IMG/VR virus record: IMGVR_UViG_3300020175_001501
Span: 1 to 32,115 of that record
Reading direction: 5' to 3' (one strand)
From: a virus
Taxonomy: Duplodnaviria > Caudoviricetes
Length of the DNA: 32,115 bases
The notes beneath the pieces were generated by a model. The model was not told where the DNA came from. It saw only the letters and a list, made by a program, of their open reading frames with translations, and ran no database searches. The translations under genes were made by a program, and so were the position numbers. Each line of letters starts with the position of its first letter. The stretch's first letter is position 1. Shown here piece by piece: positions 17,726-25,435 of this stretch.

Positions 17726-17810
17726 ATCATTTTTGTTTTATGGAGCCGAAGCTTCCGATTAATTAATTATTTAAAAATATAACTTGTGCCCTAGCTACAA
17801 TGTTATTTTG

Positions 17811-17820
17811 TTATACATAT
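17811..17820 (-). promoter_or_regulatory. second intergenic motif ATATGTATAA
   Basis: Same 10-mer as 11248 and 31165, upstream of the sHSP leader. Confidence 0.45.
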
Positions 17821-17831
17821 ATAAATTTTTT

Positions 17832-18563
17832 TTACTGTTCATTTCTTACTAAAAAATATTCACTTGTTATGCCTAATCCTTCAGAAGTAAATTTTAAATT
17901 TATATAACCTTCTTGTGTTAATTTTAATACTCCCCCATCCATATCTTTATTAGAAGATAATATATCTTTAAAAATATTTGAATTAAAAGGTATTGATAAA
18001 TCATCTTCAAATTTACCTGGTGTTTGGTAAGTAATTTTATTAGCATAATTAGCATCATCTCCAAATAAAAATTCACACATTTTTACACCATCAATACTTT
18101 TAGTTGTTTTTACTAACATATGATCTACTTCAGATAAAGCATTTTTAGCTTTTATTAAAGAATCAATATCATCTATAGATAAATTAGTTTCAAGATTATA
18201 ACCATCTTCAGGATCTTCTAACCATGTATTACTACCAATTACTAGTATATCAGCTAATGAATAAGATAAATCAAAGTTTGAATCTGATATGTTAATTTTA
18301 GTGTATATTTTATGGGTTTTTTCAGGTTGGATTAATAAATCTCCATTAGTAATAGATATTAATTTATTTAATTTATCAGTATCAAAGATTCCTAATTCAC
18401 AATCTTCAAATGGAAAATTATTTAAATGTATTTTACATATTTTACCTTTTGATCCAGCATAAATAGTTAAAGTATTATCTTTAATTCTCCATTTAACAGT
18501 ATTATTTAGTCCTTTTAAAAAGTACTTATTAATGACAGATTGTAATGTATTTTTATTTATCAT
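17832..18563 (-). CDS. DNA polymerase sliding clamp (T4 gp45/PCNA-like)
   Basis: 243 aa; LGIFD..KL, Y.LAD..I, G...L.F, EYFLV patterns; directly downstream of the polymerase, with a clamp loader nearby. Confidence 0.75.
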   Translation of the reverse strand: MINKNTLQSVINKYFLKGLNNTVKWRIKDNTLTIYAGSKGKICKIHLNNFPFEDCELGIFDTDKLNKLISITNGDLLIQPEKTHKIYTKINISDSNFDLSYSLADILVIGSNTWLEDPEDGYNLETNLSIDDIDSLIKAKNALSEVDHMLVKTTKSIDGVKMCEFLFGDDANYANKITYQTPGKFEDDLSIPFNSNIFKDILSSNKDMDGGVLKLTQEGYINLKFTSEGLGITSEYFLVRNEQ

Positions 18564-18568
18564 AGGTT

Positions 18569-18599
18569 ATAATATACGAAAGTTATTTTATATTTCAAA
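18569..18599 (-). promoter_or_regulatory. promoter, 5 nt upstream of the clamp ATG
   Basis: TTTG-N19-TATATTAT with TTCG. Confidence 0.75.
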
Positions 18600-19568
18600 G
18601 GAATTTAATGAGTTTACATAAGGGTTTAATGATAAATCCCATTCTAAATCATTAAAAAACCCTTCTAATTTATTTAATAAAATTGAATCAAATACTTTTT
18701 GTCTATCAGCATAATTATCTAAAAATTGTTTTACTTTTTTAGGCATATCATGATCAAAAAAAGCTAATGCTTCTATTTTATATGGATTATCTTTTAAGTA
18801 AATCCATTTTACTTTATCTGCTTGAGTCATTAAGTTATGTTTTTTATCTAATTGCCATAAACTTAATAGATCATTATATCTAATAGCTGCTCTAACAGGT
18901 GCAGGTGCTCCTAAATTTCTTTGTGTTTTGCCTTCCTTTTTCTGACTAAGGGGTCTAAGTATTTCAGTAAACATTTCACCTGCGGCTTTACGTCCAGCAT
19001 ATTTATTTAGTTTTTTAATCATTGTAGGATTTCCTAATTGTGTTAAAGGAATATCCCCATTTAATATTTTTTCTTTAAAAGTTTTAATCTGTTTAGTAAT
19101 ACTTTCTTCTTTAACTCCCTTTAAAGTTTGTTGTAAAATGTTATTGAAAAATTTACCTAAAATTGGTGGGAAATTTGCTTTCATAAACTCTAGACCTTTT
19201 ATATCTAAAGTTTCTTTTGATATACCTTCTGTTTTAGTAATCCATTGTGCATAACGTCTTGTAGCCCTAAAATAAGCTGCACGTATTACACATTCAGTTT
19301 TCATTTTTAGCCTATTTTCTCTAATTACCCCAAAACTTTTAATAACTAATCTTTTATAGTCTTCATTAATAACATCTTCAGTTATTTCAGCTAATTTTTC
19401 TGTAATATTATCTTTTTCAATATCACTAAATTTTTTATCAAAATCAGGGTAAATATGTTTTAATACAGGACCTCCGTGAAAATAATTTGAATCTGTGTCA
19501 ACATAAGCACATAAATTCTTATCATCTTTATTACAAATCCACCAAGGAGTATCTTCTAAATGTCTCAT
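18588..19568 (-). CDS. polB: family B DNA polymerase, C-terminal subunit (motif C palm + thumb)
   Basis: AYVDTDS (motif C), K.E, RRYA, IKGLE. Confidence 0.9.
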   Translation of the reverse strand: MRHLEDTPWWICNKDDKNLCAYVDTDSNYFHGGPVLKHIYPDFDKKFSDIEKDNITEKLAEITEDVINEDYKRLVIKSFGVIRENRLKMKTECVIRAAYFRATRRYAQWITKTEGISKETLDIKGLEFMKANFPPILGKFFNNILQQTLKGVKEESITKQIKTFKEKILNGDIPLTQLGNPTMIKKLNKYAGRKAAGEMFTEILRPLSQKKEGKTQRNLGAPAPVRAAIRYNDLLSLWQLDKKHNLMTQADKVKWIYLKDNPYKIEALAFFDHDMPKKVKQFLDNYADRQKVFDSILLNKLEGFFNDLEWDLSLNPYVNSLNSFEI

Positions 19569-19951
19569 TAATATTTTTCGTATGATTTTTCTTCAACTAA
19601 ACCTGATTCTGTTAAAATGTTTATTTCTTTTTTAACATCACATCTTTTATCATTAGTAATGTACACAGATCTTGCTAATTCTACAAATTTTTCACTAAAA
19701 TCTTTACTTCTTTCACATTCTCTAATGTCATCTTCAATAGTCCATAATTGACCATTAATTTTAGATAAATTTAAATATAATTCTTGAATTTCTGGTCCAT
19801 ATTTGTCAAATAAATCATGTACAAATGGATTTAGTTCATTAAATTCATTATTAATATTGACTAATTTATCTTCATCTGTTATATTTAACATTTTTAATTC
19901 TAGAATTGATATTTTATCTAGTAGTTCTCCGTTTGATATTTCTATTTTCAT
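19568..19951 (-). CDS. DUF6165-like coiled-coil protein
   Basis: ISNGELLDKISILELK, LWTIEDDIR, LARSVYITNDKR, VEEKSY. Confidence 0.75.
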   Translation of the reverse strand: MKIEISNGELLDKISILELKMLNITDEDKLVNINNEFNELNPFVHDLFDKYGPEIQELYLNLSKINGQLWTIEDDIRECERSKDFSEKFVELARSVYITNDKRCDVKKEINILTESGLVEEKSYEKY

Positions 19952-20148
19952 TTGTTTGTTAGTGTTATTTGAAAAGTTATTTTATTAATTGTAAATCTAA
20001 ATACTCCTTGTTTTAGACATTTTTTAAACATAATTTCTTGTGACTCACTCCAAGACTCACTTAATTTTATTAATTCTTCTTTTTCAATTAATTTACCATT
20101 AGCTTTAATTAGCATATTTTGTCTAATTGATTGTTTTTTTAATGTCAT
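19948..20148 (-). CDS. hypothetical protein (66 aa)
   Basis: ATGA-coupled at both ends. Confidence 0.7.
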   Translation of the reverse strand: MTLKKQSIRQNMLIKANGKLIEKEELIKLSESWSESQEIMFKKCLKQGVFRFTINKITFQITLTNK

Positions 20149-21914
20149 ATTTCTAATTTTATTTCGTCCCTTAATACTTTATTTAAAAAGGTATTAGCAC
20201 ATAATGCACTTTCCTGTATAATTCTTTGTCCTGTTAGTGTAATAGCTTGGCTAATTAAAAAATCAGGTAATCCATATCTAAATGTTGGTAAAGCTGTAGC
20301 TCCATATAGTGAATTAAGTAAGATTTTCATTGTATACTGCATTAAATAATAATATTCACCTTCTTCTTTATTACCCGCTTTATAAGCATCCTTCATTTTG
20401 TTTTTATATACAACTCTTTCATCAAACCAAGTATTTAATATAGTTGATAAAACTGATTCTTTATCCTGTCTAAAAAATGCTCCATTAGCTGATACAGATA
20501 ATTTATTATCTTCTATATATTTAATTAATTTAGGTGGTTTAATAAAAGTTTGTTGACCTTTTATATTTCTAATTTCAATTTGCCTATTAGAATCCATTTC
20601 TTTTAAATCGTTAATAGCCAATCTACTATTACGTCTATCTTCATCTTTGATGTAACCGACTAAAGTTTCTCTACCTATGTTAAGTGACATTATTATACAT
20701 GGATATAGTGAAACTAAATCCAAATCAAACATATGATCATATAATCCAGCTTTAGGGCAAAATAAATAACCCCCAGCATATGTTTCTTTTTTACCTAATG
20801 GTTGTTTACCCTGATATGGTCTAGCAGGTGGGATAATATTTTGGGATAATAAATAAGCAGATATAGCTCCATCTTGAGTTACACTGTTTGAATAAACTTC
20901 ACTGTAATTGTGTTTGCCTTTATGTGCTAAGTTTTTTGTTAATGCTATATAATCTAACTTTTCATCTAATAATTTAAGTATTTCAACATCACGAAAATTA
21001 TATTCTATAAATTTATGCAAATCAGTTTCAAATAATTGATCTAAATTACCTTCATATTCAATTTTTTTAACACCAGCATATTTTTCACCAATAGCATCTA
21101 GTTTATAACTTGGTTCATCTTTCCAACTATATTTTTTATGTAAACGAATATAATCTAAAGATTCAATACCTACAATATCTACAAATTGATCTCTTTTAGT
21201 CCAACTAGAAACCCATTTACCTGTTTCTCTATGTTTCCACCAAGATGCTTTTTCAGTCTTAATCTGACCTGTAGGAGACAACATTTCAGCATAATCTTTA
21301 CCTAAAACCTTACATATTCTATAATATAAATAAGGAATATCAAAATAATCTGAATTATAACCAATTAAAATATCAGGATAATTAGTAATAAACATTTCAA
21401 TAAATTTACCAAGTAATTCTTTTTCGGTTTTACAGGGTATTATTTTTTTCTTTCTTTGTTTATCCCAAGTAGTAGTAGGTATTAAACCCTTTTTATCCCA
21501 TACTAAAATAGCCCATTCATCATCTTTTTTATCCCACCAAGCAATAGAAGTAATAGGCATAGGTGCATTTTCAATATATTCTTTAGTTAAAGCCCCTCCT
21601 ATTTCACACTCAATATCAAAAAACATTTCTCTATGGCCTGTAGAAGGGGTATCATTAGTTCCATATTTTTCAATTAAAAATTTCTGGTGAGGTTTTATAT
21701 CATGGTAATGTAGACCATGATCTTTTCTATTATAATCAGATGTTTTTCGTAACTTTTCACCTTCTAAACCAGTAAATTCACCATTAGGATCTTCAATATA
21801 TGAAGTATTTAACCATTCAAAAGAATTATAACCACCTTCATCCCATAAATTAATTTTATAGAGATTACTATCATATTTACCTATTCTTGTTGCATAACAT
21901 TTAATATAACTCAT
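20145..21914 (-). CDS. polB: family B DNA polymerase, N-terminal subunit (3'-5' exonuclease, motifs A and B)
   Basis: FDIE (ExoI), GYNSDYFD (ExoII), YNFRD (ExoIII), DLVSLYP (motif A), KILLNSLYG (motif B); ends before motif C. Confidence 0.93.
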   Translation of the reverse strand: MSYIKCYATRIGKYDSNLYKINLWDEGGYNSFEWLNTSYIEDPNGEFTGLEGEKLRKTSDYNRKDHGLHYHDIKPHQKFLIEKYGTNDTPSTGHREMFFDIECEIGGALTKEYIENAPMPITSIAWWDKKDDEWAILVWDKKGLIPTTTWDKQRKKKIIPCKTEKELLGKFIEMFITNYPDILIGYNSDYFDIPYLYYRICKVLGKDYAEMLSPTGQIKTEKASWWKHRETGKWVSSWTKRDQFVDIVGIESLDYIRLHKKYSWKDEPSYKLDAIGEKYAGVKKIEYEGNLDQLFETDLHKFIEYNFRDVEILKLLDEKLDYIALTKNLAHKGKHNYSEVYSNSVTQDGAISAYLLSQNIIPPARPYQGKQPLGKKETYAGGYLFCPKAGLYDHMFDLDLVSLYPCIIMSLNIGRETLVGYIKDEDRRNSRLAINDLKEMDSNRQIEIRNIKGQQTFIKPPKLIKYIEDNKLSVSANGAFFRQDKESVLSTILNTWFDERVVYKNKMKDAYKAGNKEEGEYYYLMQYTMKILLNSLYGATALPTFRYGLPDFLISQAITLTGQRIIQESALCANTFLNKVLRDEIKLEI

Positions 21915-22478
21915 TTATATAATGGTTTCAACTTTATAAAACTTAGCTAACTCTTCAGTTTTAAAAAATTGGGATAAATCTGGTCTAAAATAATTAATTG
22001 ATTTCATTACTTTTCTATCTCTTGATCTATAGACAATATACCTTCCTTTCGCAATCTTCTCAAAATGACAGGCCTCACCTTGTTCCTTACTTCTTTGGCT
22101 GACGGTCTGTATGGCTTCTTCTTCAGTTTTACAAGCTTTTGACATATTGCTTGCTTGTACTTCTTGATAGGCAGGCCATATCTTGCTTTTAAGGCCATGT
22201 AACATAGTACCGTTCCCAAGGGAAACATAAGTAATATCGCACAAAGCGTCCAAAACTTCCACAATGTCGCCTCGTTCGCAAGCTTCTTTATACTCTTCAA
22301 GTTCTTCGAGGATAAAATCATAGACAAATTGCCATTCTTTTTTAGCAGGGATTGTTGGTTCATAATTGTTGGGTTTATTAAAAGTGTTATTAAATCTTTC
22401 AACTTCATCAACAAAAGGGACAAGACCATTTGCTTCTGGGTCAAATACTTGGAAATCTAATTTTAATTGTTTACTCAT
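21915..22478 (-). CDS. all-alpha NTP pyrophosphohydrolase (MazG/PRA-PH/DR2231-like)
   Basis: EELEE, EVLDALCDITY, EV.ASNMSK, KVMKS. Confidence 0.85.
   Translation of the reverse strand: MSKQLKLDFQVFDPEANGLVPFVDEVERFNNTFNKPNNYEPTIPAKKEWQFVYDFILEELEEYKEACERGDIVEVLDALCDITYVSLGNGTMLHGLKSKIWPAYQEVQASNMSKACKTEEEAIQTVSQRSKEQGEACHFEKIAKGRYIVYRSRDRKVMKSINYFRPDLSQFFKTEELAKFYKVETII
22007..22429 (-). CDS. candidate overprinted +1-frame membrane protein nested in the MazG-like gene
   Basis: +1 frame open for about 145 codons (TTG 22444, first ATG 22429); hydrophobic segment followed by a basic tail; host codons avoid +1 stops. Confidence 0.5.
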   Translation of the reverse strand: MVLSLLLMKLKDLITLLINPTIMNQQSLLKKNGNLSMILSSKNLKSIKKLANEATLWKFWTLCAILLMFPLGTVLCYMALKARYGLPIKKYKQAICQKLVKLKKKPYRPSAKEVRNKVRPVILRRLRKEGILSIDQEIEK

Positions 22479-23070
22479 TATCTTTTTTATTTATTTTATT
22501 TTGGAACTTCATAAATGATCCTTCTTTATCATTTGTTAAACCTCCTACTGTATTTATTTTATCATCTTCTTCTGACCAAGGTCCTGGTTCGTCTGCTCTT
22601 TCCAAAAAATTTACAACATCAGGATCATTTACCCAATAAGCTTCAGCCGCATTAGGATCATCTATCTCGTCTTCTTTTGCTAAATAATCTTGTATAGCTT
22701 TACTATCACTTCTTTCCCAAGGATATACAATCCACTCATCACTAACTTCTTTAGCCCATAAAGTAGGAACAAAAGAGGAGGTATGAGGTTTATAATGTAA
22801 TACAGCATGATATAACCCAGGAGCTTTTTCTAACGTTTTTCCTGAATCACAAATATCATCTATTACTAAAGTATTTGTAAATACATTATTAACATAGGGT
22901 AAATTTAGTTTATGTGATATAATTACTGCAGGTATCAAACCTCCTCTTGCTAAACCGGTTACTGATTCTATTTGTGGGCATTCTAACATTATTTTTTTGC
23001 TTAAAAGATCTGTTAGTTGTTGTATATCATCCCAACTCAAATGTATTTTGTTATCTATTGTTACTGCCAT
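22471..23070 (-). CDS. type I purine phosphoribosyltransferase (Gpt-like) with acidic C-terminal extension
   Basis: LSWDD, ARGGLIPA, VIDDICDSGKT (PRPP loop), WIVYPWE. Confidence 0.9.
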   Translation of the reverse strand: MAVTIDNKIHLSWDDIQQLTDLLSKKIMLECPQIESVTGLARGGLIPAVIISHKLNLPYVNNVFTNTLVIDDICDSGKTLEKAPGLYHAVLHYKPHTSSFVPTLWAKEVSDEWIVYPWERSDSKAIQDYLAKEDEIDDPNAAEAYWVNDPDVVNFLERADEPGPWSEEDDKINTVGGLTNDKEGSFMKFQNKINKKDNE

Positions 23071-23762
23071 TATATATTATGTCCTCCGTTATTGATCTTT
23101 AAAGAATCAAAGAATTCCTTTCTTGCTAAATTAGTATTTTGTCTAAATACTCCTGATGCTTTTGTAGTTACCATTGCAGCACCTTGGTGCTTAACTCCCC
23201 TACAACTTACACAATTATGTGTACCTACAATAGTAACAATAACACCTCTATTACCTTCTGTAATTTTAGATACTGCATTATGAATTGCAGACGTTAATTG
23301 TTCTTGTATTGCACCCCTTCTACCAAATAATTCAACAATTCTATTTAATTTACTCAAACCAATTACTTGACCATTTTCTCCTGGTATGTAACCAATATGA
23401 ACTACCCCTCCAATTGTTTGGTGGTGATGTGAACACATTGAAGTTAATGGTATATTACGTTCTATAACTATACCATCATAACCATCTGATGGGAATGATG
23501 TAATTGGAGACATCGCTGTGTATCTACCAGCCCATAAATCATTTACATATGCTTTAGCTACACGTCTTGGTGTATCATTTGAATTAGGATCATTTTTCCA
23601 ATCACAATCTAATGCAGTTAGAAATTCTCCATAAGCTTTAGTAGCTTTTTTTATCATTTCTTCCTTTTGTTTATCATTTAAAGGAAAATTGGTTGCAACC
23701 CCATTTGCAAAACCTTTTTGTACAACTTCTAAATCTTTATGAATGTTTTTATGTTTGCTCAT
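23070..23762 (-). CDS. folE: GTP cyclohydrolase I
   Basis: TPRRVAK, SMCSHH, GLSKLNR, QEQLT, HNCVSCRG. Confidence 0.95.
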   Translation of the reverse strand: MSKHKNIHKDLEVVQKGFANGVATNFPLNDKQKEEMIKKATKAYGEFLTALDCDWKNDPNSNDTPRRVAKAYVNDLWAGRYTAMSPITSFPSDGYDGIVIERNIPLTSMCSHHHQTIGGVVHIGYIPGENGQVIGLSKLNRIVELFGRRGAIQEQLTSAIHNAVSKITEGNRGVIVTIVGTHNCVSCRGVKHQGAAMVTTKASGVFRQNTNLARKEFFDSLKINNGGHNI

Positions 23763-23886
23763 TTATATAAATTTTTAGTTTATCAATTAATACTAATACA
23801 TCGTCTGGGTCCATTGTTATAGCACAGCATGTATTTACATTTTCTTCTATATCCTCCAATATACGAAGGGCTTCTTGCTTATCCAA
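23749..23886 (-). CDS. possible small protein (45 aa, TTG start: (M)DKQEALRILEDIEENVNTCCAITMDPDDVLVLIDKLKIYINEQT)
   Basis: Not in the ORF track; fills the queE-folE gap and overlaps the folE start. Confidence 0.5.
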   Translation of the reverse strand: MDKQEALRILEDIEENVNTCCAITMDPDDVLVLIDKLKIYINEQT

Positions 23887-23887
23887 A
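23856..23887 (-). promoter_or_regulatory. promoter upstream of folE-PRTase-MazG-polB
   Basis: TTTG-N20-TATATTGG with TTCG. Confidence 0.7.
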
Positions 23888-23890
23888 TCT

Positions 23891-24673
23891 TTATACACAC
23901 CTCTCGGTATTAAATGCGATAATGTGTGAACGACCTGTAAATCTCCAACCTCTGTCTCTTACAAAATTCATTACTTCAGGGTATGATTCCATTAAAGATT
24001 CCCTAGTATCCCCAGCAGGCATAGCCCAAACTTTATTATCTGGTATACTACATTCTTTTATAAATGTTTCTACCTCTTCTATCATAGATAAATTCTTATC
24101 CAATACAGGTTTAATATGGTAATCAGAATGATATTCAATAGATTGTTTTATTGCTTCATAATTTAATCTTAATCTATTATGTGTTTTTATCATTTTTTCG
24201 TCCACATCTTTTCCTTGAGGAGTAACAGCACCCAAAACGGGAACGCTATTACTGAACTTAGGAGAAATGCTAAGAAGATTAATGGGATAATCAGTAGGGA
24301 GGAAATGAGATCCCTCAGTTTCAATAGTAATAAAAATGTTTCTTTCATGAGCAAAATGAGTTAATTCATTTACTAGTTTAGGATGCATAGTAGGTGAACC
24401 CCCAGTTAGCATCATTTCTTTAATATGAGGATGTTGATCGTAGGCATCTATAATATCTTGAAAAGAATATGTTCCTTTTTCTGGGTGGATACTTGTGTAC
24501 CAACTATCACACCATCCTCCTTCACCAAAGAAACATCTGTGAGTACAGCCTGTTGTTCTAACTACAATAGTAGGATAACCTTGTCTACTACCTTCTGATT
24601 GTACGGCTGTGTATACTTCTAATACGGGGAGGGTTTTATTATAGTCCTCTATTCTTTTTAACTGTTTGTGCAT
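23891..24673 (-). CDS. queE: 7-carboxy-7-deazaguanine synthase (radical SAM)
   Basis: E.Y..VQSEG...G.P...VRT.GC, CTHRC...WCDS, LTGG.P, IETEG, SISPK. Confidence 0.92.
   Translation of the reverse strand: MHKQLKRIEDYNKTLPVLEVYTAVQSEGSRQGYPTIVVRTTGCTHRCFFGEGGWCDSWYTSIHPEKGTYSFQDIIDAYDQHPHIKEMMLTGGSPTMHPKLVNELTHFAHERNIFITIETEGSHFLPTDYPINLLSISPKFSNSVPVLGAVTPQGKDVDEKMIKTHNRLRLNYEAIKQSIEYHSDYHIKPVLDKNLSMIEEVETFIKECSIPDNKVWAMPAGDTRESLMESYPEVMNFVRDRGWRFTGRSHIIAFNTERCV
24190..24348 (-). CDS. candidate overprinted +1-frame membrane peptide (52 aa) inside queE
   Basis: ATG-started MKETFLLLLKLRDLISSLLIIPLIFLAFLLSSVIAFPFWVLLLLKEKMWTKK; atypical host codons over this span. Confidence 0.4.
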   Translation of the reverse strand: MKETFLLLLKLRDLISSLLIIPLIFLAFLLSSVIAFPFWVLLLLKEKMWTKK

Positions 24674-24717
24674 ATGTTCATTTTTTTAAGTGGTTTTTCA
24701 TTCACTGTTATAACTTA

Positions 24718-25182
24718 TTATTCGCTGTAATAGGCAGCATTTTTTCCATGTTCCATGAATTTAACTTTAGTGACTCTGACTCTATTATCAGTTTCAGTTT
24801 TTACAAATTCATTTATATTACGATAAATATATTCAGCAAACTTCTCTGCACCAGTAGCTTCAATTACTCTTACTTGAGCTACTCCTGCTTTATCCATTTG
24901 TTGAAATGCTTTAAGATTAGGATCATCTTCTGCTACTATCAAAGTATGATCAAACATATAATCCATCCAAGCTTTAGGTTGTTTACCATCAATTAAGGTT
25001 TTGGCACGTTTCATTCCACCAAAATCCCAAACCCAATTTCTATCATCTAATTCACCCTCAAAGTAAACTTTAAATGATATACCATAACCATGTACAAATC
25101 TACAGTGTGTTGTTTCAGCTTTCCATTGACGAAACACTGTACTAAATCCGTCAAAAACTTTACTTGATTGAAATTTACCCAT
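24718..25182 (-). CDS. queD: 6-carboxy-5,6,7,8-tetrahydropterin synthase
   Basis: HCRFVHGY, WVWDFG, FDHT, GAEKFA, EH..N.A; que cluster context. Confidence 0.9.
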   Translation of the reverse strand: MGKFQSSKVFDGFSTVFRQWKAETTHCRFVHGYGISFKVYFEGELDDRNWVWDFGGMKRAKTLIDGKQPKAWMDYMFDHTLIVAEDDPNLKAFQQMDKAGVAQVRVIEATGAEKFAEYIYRNINEFVKTETDNRVRVTKVKFMEHGKNAAYYSE

Positions 25183-25420
25183 TATAAAAATTTAAAATTT
25201 GTTGTTCTGTTTGTAACCCAACTAACCTATTTTTTTCTGATCCATTTTCTAATAATACTAAAGTTGGGATGTTTCTTACACTATGTTTAACTGATAATTC
25301 ATTATCATTATCTACGTCTATTTTTTCGTAATTAATTTTATTACCTAAAGATTCTATAATAGGACCTAAGGTTTTACATGGACCACACCATGATGCACTA
25401 AAATAAAGTATTTTTTTCAT
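25175..25420 (-). CDS. trxA: thioredoxin
   Basis: WCGPC active site, VRNIPT. Confidence 0.93.
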   Translation of the reverse strand: MKKILYFSASWCGPCKTLGPIIESLGNKINYEKIDVDNDNELSVKHSVRNIPTLVLLENGSEKNRLVGLQTEQQILNFYNG

Positions 25421-25435
25421 ATTTTTTATTTATTG

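Noticed and set aside
19569-20144. Group I intron, intein or ribosomal bypass joining the two polB halves (TTA GAA occurs near both junctions)
   Set aside because: The gap is fully occupied by two coupled ORFs with no homing-endonuclease motifs or evident intron structure. There are no intein terminal residues, TTAGAA is common in this genome, and the gap is about 580 nt.
24676-24706. preQ1-I riboswitch-like layout upstream of queE (AGTG/CACT stem followed by TAAAAAAATGAA)
   Set aside because: The stem is only 4 bp, and the loop (AATGAAAAAC) lacks the conserved pyrimidines needed for ligand binding and the pseudoknot
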